Origin: Pseudobdellovibrionaceae bacterium
GTDB lineage: Bacteria > Bdellovibrionota > Bdellovibrionia > Bdellovibrionales > UBA1609
Direction: 5' to 3'
DNA length: 64,000 nt
NCBI GenBank assembly: GCA_030591685.1
Contig: JAUVAX010000008.1
Coordinates: forward strand, 1-64,000
Positions 1 through 8,560 of this stretch are shown here, in pieces. Positions within the stretch are counted from its first letter, which is position 1; each line of letters opens with the position of its first letter. The translations under genes were made by a program, and so were the position numbers. The notes under the pieces are model-generated. The model searched no databases. It had not been told where the DNA came from and worked only from the letters and a program-made list of their open reading frames with translations.

Positions 1-703
1 TAGTGATTGTTAATAGCGCTTGGTCTAATAAATTTTTAGCCCGACCAATCATTTGATCCTGCCACATAGGGCTACCGATGTACTTTGCATACATCCATTT
101 TGAACCAAAAAGCTCACTAGTTAAATACTTTAAAAATAATTTACGATACTTAGACTGTCTTGAGCGGGGTGTTTTACCTAAAATCGTATACCACTCGGGT
201 AAAGTTAACAACTTTGACCAGCTGTCTTTAATACCATGAGCAAAAAATTTGTAACTCGAATGTTTGTAAAACTTTAATTTCTCTAAACTCACCATATTGG
301 CTCTTACGGGGTTGGCTTCGATGTAAAAGTGAACCCTCATGCAGTGCTCTGAATTTTCAATTAAAGGAGTTTTAGGACGCTCATTAGCGACCTTACCACT
401 TCGATGAAAAATTTTATTAAAAGTATGTCCGAAGCGTGCATGAGAGACCCTCATAAAGCTTGAGAGATAACGAGAGTCTTCATCATAGCTCATCTGCATA
501 TGGGCATGGTTGTCCATGAGGCAATAGGTGTGGAGCTTTACTTTAGAAGAAACGCTCATGTGCTTAAGGGCGTATTCAGTGCACTTCATGTAGAGGTCTT
601 TTGTGGATGCGGCTTTTAATAAAAACTCACGGTTCTGGCAGCGCCAGAACTTATGGATAAAGCCTTGTTCGGGGTGGAGTTGGGTGGATCTTGGGATACG
701 CAT
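1..703 (-). mobile_element. REP-associated tyrosine transposase-like (RAYT / Y1_Tnp, HUH superfamily), 3' end truncated by window edge
   Basis: Manual minus-strand translation from ATG 703: MRIPRSTQLHPEQGFIHKFWRCQNREFLL...KLHTYCLMDNHAHM...RVHFYIEANPVRANMV...YKHSSY. It has the HUH motif (NHAH) and catalytic Tyr motif (YIEANPVRA) and is open to position 1. Not in the ORF track. Confidence 0.88.
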
Positions 704-937
704 ACACATAGAGTTGCAAGAAGAGGGGCATGTGCGAGCTTAAAGCAGGGAGGGGTTGAGGGGTGGTGAATGTCCGGAAGGGGTGGGGATGGGTCCGGGA
801 GGCGGACTCCGTCACTGTTGGGGTGGTGTTGGGGGATGTTGCGGGGCGCAAAAGGTTGAAAGGTCTTTATGATCCCGGCCTAGCCTTGGTATAGAGACTC
901 AACCCATACGACTATAAATCCTCAGGAGCCCTCGCAC

Positions 938-1762
938 ATGAGCCAAGAAACATGGAACGCCCTTAAAGAATACAAAGACATAAAACTTGAAGCCACCGAA
1001 GACGGTGTTGCTAAAATCACAATCAATCGCCCAGAAGTACGCAATGCCTTTCGCCCCGAAACAGTCATCGAACTTATCGATGCTTTCAATATTGTTCGAG
1101 ACAACCAACGCATTGGCGTTGTTGTTCTCACCGGCGAAGGTGAACATGCCTTTTGTGCCGGAGGAGACCAGAAAGTACGCGGCGAAGCCGGGTACGTGGG
1201 CGGTGACGGAGTACCACGGTTAAATATTTTAGATGTTCAAAAACAAATCAGAAGCATGCCTAAGCCTGTTATCGCAATGGTCGCCGGATACGCCATTGGC
1301 GGAGGACATGTATTACATGTCGTGTGTGACCTAACCATCGCTGCAGATAATGCAAAGTTTGGTCAAACAGGCCCCAAAGTCGGTTCGTTTGATGGGGGAT
1401 TAGGTAGCAGTTACCTGGCCCGTATCGTCGGTCAAAAAAAGGCTCGTGAAATTTGGTTTTTATGTCGTCAATACAGCGCTAAAGAAGCCCTTGATATGGG
1501 GCTAGTCAACACCGTTGTCCCTTACGATCAATTAGAAACTGAGACCCTAAAGTGGTGCAGAGAAATATTAGGTCACTCTCCCATGGCGATGAGGTTTTTA
1601 AAATCCTGTATGAATGCTGACTGTGATGGGCAGATGGGACTGTTAGATTTAGCCGGCAATGCCACCTTGCTTTACTATACTTCAGACGAAGCCAGAGAAG
1701 GTAAGAATGCGTTTATAGAAAAACGCAAACCAGACTTTTCAAAATTTCCCCGGTATCCGTAA
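938..1762 (+). CDS. menB: 1,4-dihydroxy-2-naphthoyl-CoA synthase
   Basis: Crotonase motifs [43 protein letters not shown]. Confidence 0.97.
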   Translation: MSQETWNALKEYKDIKLEATEDGVAKITINRPEVRNAFRPETVIELIDAFNIVRDNQRIGVVVLTGEGEHAFCAGGDQKVRGEAGYVGGDGVPRLNILDVQKQIRSMPKPVIAMVAGYAIGGGHVLHVVCDLTIAADNAKFGQTGPKVGSFDGGLGSSYLARIVGQKKAREIWFLCRQYSAKEALDMGLVNTVVPYDQLETETLKWCREILGHSPMAMRFLKSCMNADCDGQMGLLDLAGNATLLYYTSDEAREGKNAFIEKRKPDFSKFPRYP

Positions 1763-1768
1763 ATAAAA

Positions 1769-2641
1769 TTGAAAACATGGATCATTGCCAGTCGGCCAAA
1801 AACATTAGTTGCAGCGGTGGTGCCAATAATGGTGGCGATTTGCCTTGTTCACTCTCAAGGATACCCCGTAAATTGGAGTTTAAGTGGCCTGGCCCTCCTG
1901 GCCGCTCTACTTATACAAATCGCAACCAATTTTTTTAACGACGCCATTGATTTTAAAAAAGGAGCCGATACAAATGAGCGCTTAGGCCCTAAACGTGTCA
2001 CTCAGTCCGGAGACATAAGCTTTAAAAAAGTTATGATAGCTGCCCTGCTGTGCTGCGCTTTAGCTATGGCTGCCGGAGTGCCACTCGTTATTGCCGGCGG
2101 GTGGCCTATTATCGCCGTAGGGTTGGTGTCTTTATTTTTAGCCTACGCTTACACCGGAGGCCCCGCACCACTAGCCTACATTGGCTTAGGAGACCTCTTT
2201 GTTGTTTTATTTTTTGGCCTCATCGCCGTGGGTGGAGTTTATTACCTAAACACCAAAACTTATGATTTACCAACAGTCATCGCCGGGTTACAGGTGGGGT
2301 TTTTATCCACAGTACTCATTGTAATTAATAATATTAGAGATGTAGAGCAAGACAAACAAGTAAACAAAAAAACTCTGGTCGTGCGCTTTGGCGTTCCTTT
2401 TTCAAAAATAGAGGTGCTTGTTTTATATGTTTTAAGCTTTTTCTTAGGTATTTTTTGGGTCTCACACGAGGCACGCTTTGCCTTTGTGTTGCCGTTTTTT
2501 GCGTTTTCTCACGCAGTGAGGCTCGTGAGATTAATTTTCAAAACAAAGCCTAGTGAAGAGTACAATAAATTTTTAGCCAAAGCTGCCTTTATCCAAATTG
2601 TCTTTTGTGTGTTTTTATCTATAGGTCTTTGGCTTCGATGA
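1769..2641 (+). CDS. menA: 1,4-dihydroxy-2-naphthoate prenyltransferase
   Basis: RPKTL, NFFNDAIDFKKGAD, NNIRDVEQD motifs; multi-TM; follows menB. Confidence 0.94.
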   Translation: MKTWIIASRPKTLVAAVVPIMVAICLVHSQGYPVNWSLSGLALLAALLIQIATNFFNDAIDFKKGADTNERLGPKRVTQSGDISFKKVMIAALLCCALAMAAGVPLVIAGGWPIIAVGLVSLFLAYAYTGGPAPLAYIGLGDLFVVLFFGLIAVGGVYYLNTKTYDLPTVIAGLQVGFLSTVLIVINNIRDVEQDKQVNKKTLVVRFGVPFSKIEVLVLYVLSFFLGIFWVSHEARFAFVLPFFAFSHAVRLVRLIFKTKPSEEYNKFLAKAAFIQIVFCVFLSIGLWLR

Positions 2642-3633
2642 AAATCTATAAATCCCCCTACCAATTACAACTACCCTCGGCCCCTAATAGTGCGAGTAAT
2701 AATAAAACCATAAGTGGCTGTTTGTTGAAGTTTGAGTTTGAGGACCAAGTAGGATATTCAACCGCACAAACTTGGCCTGAGTTTGGAGACCCTTTGTTAG
2801 AGGATGTTCTAGAGGAGTTAAAAAATATAAAATCTATAAATGAAAACTCAAACTCACAAATTATCAATAATATTTTATCATGGGCTAAAATGGATGCCTG
2901 GGCACGAGCTCAAAAACAGCCACTTTTTGATAACAAAAATATAAAAAACAATTATTTAGTTACAGATATTTGCCAATTCGACACTCAGGCCCTCTCAGCT
3001 TTGAATAAAAAAAATATTTCAATTTTAAAGTTTAAATTTGGTAGAAATATTGCCGCTGAAACAAAAGTTTTAAAAGAAACCTCAGAATTTAAAAAGTTTA
3101 AGTGGAGAATTGATTTTAATTCCACATTTAGTTTAGATAAAATATTTACGTGGCTCAAACAAAACCCCTGGATTATTGATAATTTAGAGTACCTCGAAGA
3201 CCCCGTGCCGTTTAACGTGCGAGAGTGGAGTGAAATTAAGAGTAAATTTAAAATAAATTTAGCTCTTGATATAAAAGTGGACGAATTTATAAAAATTAAA
3301 AATTCTGAAACTGTCGTGGATATAATAATTATAAAGCCCTTTAGTGATCATGTAGAAGCACTCACTCAATGGGCCTTAGATAAAAACATTAAAGTCGTCT
3401 TCACCTCATATATGGATCACTTAATTGGTCAGAGCTTTGCGGCCGTTATTGCTCATCAACATAGTGCCTCACTAGGCGAGCAGCTTTTAGACTGTGGTTT
3501 AAGTACCAATCATGTTTTTGAGCCCTATAAATACACCCTTAATCAAGCAAATGCGTCGAAGGGCATAGCTTCAAATAATTATGGAGTTGGGTACGGTGAC
3601 CTCCTTGAGTTTGAGCCGTGGGAGCTTTTGTGA
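2638..3633 (+). CDS. menC: o-succinylbenzoate synthase (divergent enolase superfamily)
   Basis: KFK, RIDFN, YLEDP, ALD, IIKP enolase-family motifs; ATGA overlap with menA stop. Confidence 0.85.
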   Translation: MKIYKSPYQLQLPSAPNSASNNKTISGCLLKFEFEDQVGYSTAQTWPEFGDPLLEDVLEELKNIKSINENSNSQIINNILSWAKMDAWARAQKQPLFDNKNIKNNYLVTDICQFDTQALSALNKKNISILKFKFGRNIAAETKVLKETSEFKKFKWRIDFNSTFSLDKIFTWLKQNPWIIDNLEYLEDPVPFNVREWSEIKSKFKINLALDIKVDEFIKIKNSETVVDIIIIKPFSDHVEALTQWALDKNIKVVFTSYMDHLIGQSFAAVIAHQHSASLGEQLLDCGLSTNHVFEPYKYTLNQANASKGIASNNYGVGYGDLLEFEPWELL

Positions 3634-4763
3634 TAAAAATAGATTGGCTTACAGATGAGTCTCACGTTTTAATAAATCCCCTTTGGCCTTCCTTAAAGTG
3701 CGAGTTAGTTAATAGCGCCCTAGAGGTTTTAAATAGTTATAAGGGAGTAGTTTGGTTAGCCACTTCGGGTACAACAGCAAAAAGTGACCACGTAAAATTA
3801 GTGGGGTTAAAAAAACAAGCCATACTACACTCAGCAAAGGCCGTTAATAAGCACATAGGGCTAACAGGCAGAGATATTATTTTTAACTCGTTGCCGATTT
3901 TTCACATTGGTGGGCTGTCAGTGCTAGCAAGATCTTTTTGCTCTGGGGCTCAAGTCATTAGTAATGAGTCAAGTAAGTGGTGCCCCGATTTGTTTTTTGA
4001 ACAATTAATTAAAAATAAAGCGACAGTAGTAAGTCTCGTGCCGTCTCAAATTTATGACCTGGTAACTTTAGGTATTAAGGCCCCTAAAGACTTAAGGGTT
4101 GTATTTGTCGGAGGCGGTAGTTTGCCTCAAGACCTTTACAAAAAATCAATACTCCTGGGTTGGCCCCTTATTTTAACCTATGGTATGACAGAAACCTCGT
4201 CACAAATTGCCACTGGTAGAGTGAGTGATCTATTGTCGCCTCAAAAACCAAAAGCTTATTTATTAAAGCATATTATCGCTAAAAACTCTTCTGAGGGCTT
4301 GTTGTGCTTTAAGTCTGAGGCCCTTTTAGCTTACTATGCATTTTTACAACCCAAGCTTTCAGTTAAAATAGTGGACCCTAAAGAGTCCCTTTGGTTTCAA
4401 AGTGATGACTACGGGAGTGTGGCCGATGACGGGAGCCTACAGGTTACTGGTCGAAAAGGGCAGGTTATAAAGGTCCTAGGAGAGCTTGTGAACATCAAAG
4501 AGTTGAATGAAGTTTTAAGTGACCTTGTCCCTATTTGTGAGGGGGTTATTATTCCGCTCCCCGACCTGAGGCAAGGGCATCAGCTCGCTCTAGTATTAGG
4601 CCTACAACACTTGAGTCACGTTAAAAGTATTATAAAGGCCTACACTCAGCTCGTCGCTCCGTACGAAAAGATAAAAAAAATCTATTTTGTTAAAAACCTG
4701 CACACAAATGAGCTTGGCAAAGTAAATGTTGCACAATTACAAGAAGACCTAGGCTTAATGTAA
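3630..4763 (+). CDS. menE: o-succinylbenzoate-CoA ligase (short AMP-binding enzyme)
   Basis: TSGTT, LPIFHIGG, TYGMTET, GR..IK..GE and GKV motifs; GTGA overlap with menC. Confidence 0.87.
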   Translation: MIKIDWLTDESHVLINPLWPSLKCELVNSALEVLNSYKGVVWLATSGTTAKSDHVKLVGLKKQAILHSAKAVNKHIGLTGRDIIFNSLPIFHIGGLSVLARSFCSGAQVISNESSKWCPDLFFEQLIKNKATVVSLVPSQIYDLVTLGIKAPKDLRVVFVGGGSLPQDLYKKSILLGWPLILTYGMTETSSQIATGRVSDLLSPQKPKAYLLKHIIAKNSSEGLLCFKSEALLAYYAFLQPKLSVKIVDPKESLWFQSDDYGSVADDGSLQVTGRKGQVIKVLGELVNIKELNEVLSDLVPICEGVIIPLPDLRQGHQLALVLGLQHLSHVKSIIKAYTQLVAPYEKIKKIYFVKNLHTNELGKVNVAQLQEDLGLM

Positions 4764-4781
4764 TGTTTTTTAATTCAATCG

Positions 4782-4800
4782 ACTGTTCAACGTGAACAGT
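4782..4800. terminator. inverted repeat between convergent menE and thioesterase genes
   Basis: ACTGTTCA-ACG-TGAACAGT; no strong U tract. Confidence 0.35.
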
Positions 4801-4896
4801 TAGTGATGTGTTTATTTCTTTAAATAGTAGTTTTTAAGGTCAATTTTTAGAGGAGCTTTGTTTTTTTAAGAGCGTTACAAAATAATTAAAGATTCA

Positions 4897-5304
4897 CTAA
4901 TCTTGGTACTCAATGAGCTTTTTTCTGATGTCATCAGGAAGGGGTGATTTTTTAATGGTCGATTTATTTATAAACGTATGCACAGTGCTCGCTTTGCAGC
5001 AAAGGTCTTGCTGACTATTTTTAATGGTAAAATTAAAACTAACCGTTGTTTCGCTGATAGAGTTTACTTTTAATTCTATCATATAGTTTTGGCCAGCAAA
5101 CATGGGTTTTAAATAGTCGGCCTCGCAGTGTCTGATCGGGGCGGCTAGTTCAGTGTTTTGAAACCAATGATTCCAGCCGATTTTTGAATGAATAATAAAC
5201 TCCTCTAAACATTTATGGGTGAGTGAAAATACTTGAGCGTAAAATAACACCCCCCCCGGGTCGGTCTGTTCAAATGATACAAGAGTTTGAGTTTTAAAGG
5301 TCAT
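4897..5304 (-). CDS. hotdog-fold acyl-CoA thioesterase (4HBT family), probable DHNA-CoA hydrolase
   Basis: FEQTDPGGVLFYA and EADYLKP motifs; adjacent to men genes. Confidence 0.8.
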   Translation of the reverse strand: MTFKTQTLVSFEQTDPGGVLFYAQVFSLTHKCLEEFIIHSKIGWNHWFQNTELAAPIRHCEADYLKPMFAGQNYMIELKVNSISETTVSFNFTIKNSQQDLCCKASTVHTFINKSTIKKSPLPDDIRKKLIEYQD

Positions 5305-5548
5305 TTGTAGATTTCAGAGCTTCGACCTGATCAACAAGTGCCGTTCGACGGCTTCTGAGTAGATCAGTCATTTTATTAATGGCCTCAAAAGCACTCGCGA
5401 GGCGCTTTCGATTGGGGTCTGAGTCTTCAATTTTACTTAAAACACTGTCGGTCATCCCACCGGCAATCATAAGCGGGGTGGCTAAGTCGTGGATAAAGGT
5501 TCGCTCTAAATCTATTTGTTTCATAAGTGAGGTTTGGCTTTCAGGCAT
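5294..5548 (-). CDS. stand-alone histidine-kinase DHp (H-box)-like small protein
   Basis: FIHDLATPL H-box-like motif followed by two amphipathic helices; overlaps thioesterase start. Confidence 0.65.
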   Translation of the reverse strand: MPESQTSLMKQIDLERTFIHDLATPLMIAGGMTDSVLSKIEDSDPNRKRLASAFEAINKMTDLLRSRRTALVDQVEALKSTNDL

Positions 5549-5627
5549 GACGCGCAGATCCTTTATTGGTGATGAATAAGGCTAATGTACCCCATTAAGG
5601 GTTGATTTTTAATAGGGAAAGAAGAAC

Positions 5628-5655
5628 TTGACAGATAGAGTCAAAATGATAGCGT
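5628..5655 (+). promoter_or_regulatory. putative sigma-70 promoter with overlapping palindrome
   Basis: TTGACA -35, TGaTAGCGT extended -10-like; TTGAC-N7-GTCAA palindrome at 5628-5644. Confidence 0.35.
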
Positions 5656-5696
5656 TCGCCTTTTATAGAACACCGCCACAAAAAAGTTAGGGTTTG

Positions 5697-6629
5697 ATGA
5701 ACATTAGCGTCTATGACAAGAGGGACTTTCCTCCGTACTTACCTAAGCTCAACGCTCTTTATGGAGATTTGTTTTCAGGGGGCAAGGGGTTTCGCTCAAA
5801 GCTCATAGAGCGTGTATCAGGGCATTTAAAGATTGATAAAAAACAAATACACCTTATGGCACAAACAATAGAGTTTATTCATAACGCCTCCCTTTTGCAT
5901 GATGACCTCATTGACCGATCCCACCTGCGAAGAAGCAAGCCCGCTGCATGGCTTAAGTACACGCCTGAATATGCTGTTTTGGCGGGGGATTATTTACTGG
6001 CCCGAGTGATGGTAAACTTATCTCGCCACGGCAATTTAGAGCTTCTGCAATACACCTCAGAAATGATCTCCGACTTACTTGAGGGCGAGTGGATACAGGA
6101 TTCATTAATAAAAGACTGGGGGGTTAACCAGACTCAACTAGATCAGGTCCATAAATTAAAAACAGCCTCTTTATTTAAATGGTGCATTCGCTCACCTTTT
6201 ATTTGTAAGGGAGGGTACTCCAAGCAAGTTCACGACGAATTAGAAGAGCTCGGGTGCTTACTTGGCTTGTTGTTTCAAAGAAGTGACGACCTTTTAGATT
6301 ATGGGATTCGTAATTACGAAAACAAGGCCGTATTAGGTGATTTAAAGTCAGGGTATGTAAATTCTTTCGGATGTTTTTTAATTAAAACCATGACCCCGTC
6401 TCAGGTGACTCAGTTTAAAAAAATTATTCAAATAGAAGATCTTCATGAGTTACTGGGTAAAGAAGTTTTTGATAAAAAAGTGGCCGAATTTGACGAGTCC
6501 AACAAACAGTATATTGAGTTATATAAGCATCACTTACAAATACTCTTAAACGTTCTGCCAGAACACGAAAAGAGCTTAATCTTAGACCTAGAAAAATTGT
6601 CAGATGTTTTATACTGGAGAAAAGCGTAA
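5697..6629 (+). CDS. polyprenyl diphosphate synthase (IspB/HepT-like)
   Basis: GGKGFR, LHDDLID (FARM), RR, KTASL, FQRSDDLLD (SARM). Confidence 0.92.
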   Translation: MNISVYDKRDFPPYLPKLNALYGDLFSGGKGFRSKLIERVSGHLKIDKKQIHLMAQTIEFIHNASLLHDDLIDRSHLRRSKPAAWLKYTPEYAVLAGDYLLARVMVNLSRHGNLELLQYTSEMISDLLEGEWIQDSLIKDWGVNQTQLDQVHKLKTASLFKWCIRSPFICKGGYSKQVHDELEELGCLLGLLFQRSDDLLDYGIRNYENKAVLGDLKSGYVNSFGCFLIKTMTPSQVTQFKKIIQIEDLHELLGKEVFDKKVAEFDESNKQYIELYKHHLQILLNVLPEHEKSLILDLEKLSDVLYWRKA

Positions 6630-6632
6630 TCT

Positions 6633-7703
6633 ATGGAGTATATTACGCTTTTAAAATCAGACCCTAAAATTAAGACGTATCTTTCAGGGGTTTTTTCTGA
6701 CACAAAAGTAGCCCTGCCTGTGCCCCCATTAAGTGGACGTGTTCCAGAGGGGACAACGTTTAAAATTTTAGAATCAAAAAATATAGATAAACCAAATTTT
6801 ATAATTATAATCAGTAAAATCATTAGAATAGAGCTTCTGGGCTTAACGATGTTTCCGTTTATTGTATCGATGCTTTATTTTTCTGCAATGGGGCACGCGG
6901 CTCCTAAATTTGAACTGTTTGTTTCACTGTGTTCAATGTTTTTTTTGCACGCCTCTGTTTTTATGTTGAATGATTACTTTGATCACACACGAGGTGGGGA
7001 CCGAATTAGCTCCACATCAGGCAGTCAGGTGATACAACTCGGTTGGATACCGGCCTATAAAGTTCTCAGAGGGGTTTATTTAAGTAGTTTAATGGCTTTA
7101 TTTTTTGCATTGCCCCTGCTGAAGAGTCACTTTTTTCAACTTTGGCCCCTGGCTTTATTTGTTTTTGTTGCAATAGTGGGGTTTTCATTTTTTGGTAAAG
7201 GTTTTAAAAATAAAGGCCTGGGTGAATTTTTTGTTTTTATGTGTCTAGGGCCACTTGTTTTTTTTGGCACATCAACTTTATTTTCTGTTTCTATGGATTT
7301 TAACTCGATTTATTTAAGTATTACATTTGGTTGGGCAAGTGTTTTTTATCAGCAACTTAAAAACTTTTCAAATATTTACTCAGACACTCAGCTATCTGTA
7401 GGGACTTTGGTGAGCCGGTGGGGCTTTGATGCGTCTAAAAAACTACTTTATGTCCAGTTTTTTTTAGTTTTATTTTTAATTTTTGGTGGCAGCTTTCTAA
7501 CTATGCCACTTTTTTTTGCTGCTCCATGGATTCTTTTTTTAAGCACTTATGGGTTTAAGATTTATAAATGTTTACGATGTGTGGGGTCGCCACTTTCTAG
7601 TCAAATGGTAAGGCTTCCTAAATTGGGGCTAAAGCTACACTCTTTAATGTCCTATGGGTTGATTGCTTATTTATTAATATTTATTTTTCTGGGTAGGCAA
7701 TGA
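6633..7703 (+). CDS. UbiA/MenA-family membrane prenyltransferase paralog
   Basis: NDYFDHTRGGD motif, GLGEFFVF, TLVSRWG; multi-TM. Confidence 0.8.
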   Translation: MEYITLLKSDPKIKTYLSGVFSDTKVALPVPPLSGRVPEGTTFKILESKNIDKPNFIIIISKIIRIELLGLTMFPFIVSMLYFSAMGHAAPKFELFVSLCSMFFLHASVFMLNDYFDHTRGGDRISSTSGSQVIQLGWIPAYKVLRGVYLSSLMALFFALPLLKSHFFQLWPLALFVFVAIVGFSFFGKGFKNKGLGEFFVFMCLGPLVFFGTSTLFSVSMDFNSIYLSITFGWASVFYQQLKNFSNIYSDTQLSVGTLVSRWGFDASKKLLYVQFFLVLFLIFGGSFLTMPLFFAAPWILFLSTYGFKIYKCLRCVGSPLSSQMVRLPKLGLKLHSLMSYGLIAYLLIFIFLGRQ

Positions 7704-8473
7704 GCATCGATCTGTCTATTGTGTGCTTTGTGGAGGGAGAACGTGAGAGATCAAACAAACTCTCTCAACTCTACGGTTGGCCCGTGGTGGGCGAAGACAG
7801 TGGTAGTCCCTGTTTGTTTTATGACCAAGGGGTGTTAAAGATTAAATGGGCCGGCTGCAAAAATTTAAAAGATGCATTTTTTATAGACTTTTTATCAAAA
7901 AAAAATATTCATTTAAAAAAAACACTTCATCAAAACCCACAATTAATTTCTAAGGCTATGGGTAAAAAACTAGGGGTCACCCAAGTATTAGATATGACAG
8001 CTGGGAGTGGTCAGGACGCTTACTTGCTATGGCTTTTAGGCTTTAAGGTCACTGCGATTGAAGCCAGCCCTATAGTGTTTGCTCTTTTGCAAGATGGACT
8101 TTGTCGATTAAGAGAGTCCCTGGCAGGGCCTGTCGAGCATGAAGCGCTAGATAATGGTTTTAAACTCGTACACATGGATTCAACAAAGTATCTGACGACA
8201 ACAACTCATAAATTTGACGCTATTTACATAGACCCTATGTTTTCTAAAAAGCCAAAGAGTGCGCTGAGCCCTAAGCCTATGCAGGTATTTCAGTCTATTT
8301 TGCCGGAGCCCCTAAGCTCTGATCGAGACAACATGATTAAGTTAGCAAGGCATAAAGCTAAAAGAGTTGTCGTCAAGGGCCCCTTATTTGAAGAGTTAAG
8401 TGATGAAGCTCCGACTCATGTATATAAGGGTAAAAGCATTAGATATGATATGTATGCCACAGTAGTCAGTTAA
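7700..8473 (+). CDS. rsmJ: 16S rRNA m2G1516 methyltransferase RsmJ family
   Basis: VLDMTAGSGQDA, IYIDPMF, RVVVKGP, IRYDMY. Confidence 0.88.
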   Translation: MSIDLSIVCFVEGERERSNKLSQLYGWPVVGEDSGSPCLFYDQGVLKIKWAGCKNLKDAFFIDFLSKKNIHLKKTLHQNPQLISKAMGKKLGVTQVLDMTAGSGQDAYLLWLLGFKVTAIEASPIVFALLQDGLCRLRESLAGPVEHEALDNGFKLVHMDSTKYLTTTTHKFDAIYIDPMFSKKPKSALSPKPMQVFQSILPEPLSSDRDNMIKLARHKAKRVVVKGPLFEELSDEAPTHVYKGKSIRYDMYATVVS

Positions 8474-8488
8474 AGTTATTGGGCCTGA

Positions 8489-8530
8489 GTTTAAACACTT
8501 CATTAAAGCGTTACGCTTAAGTGTTTAAGC
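8489..8530 (+). terminator. stem-loop after rsmJ
   Basis: TTAAACACTT...AAGTGTTTAA inverted repeat with inner AAGCG/CGCTT. Confidence 0.4.
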
Positions 8531-8560
8531 AAGGATATAGGTTGACTGAGAACCTATTAT

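Noticed and set aside
632..650. GTTCTGGC/GCCAGAAC hairpin as an IS200/REP end
   Set aside because: It lies inside the transposase coding sequence (FWRCQN) and no second copy was seen.
651..851. 66-aa Pro/Thr/His-rich minus-strand ORF
   Set aside because: By-product of the G-rich tract; overlaps the real transposase start in another frame.
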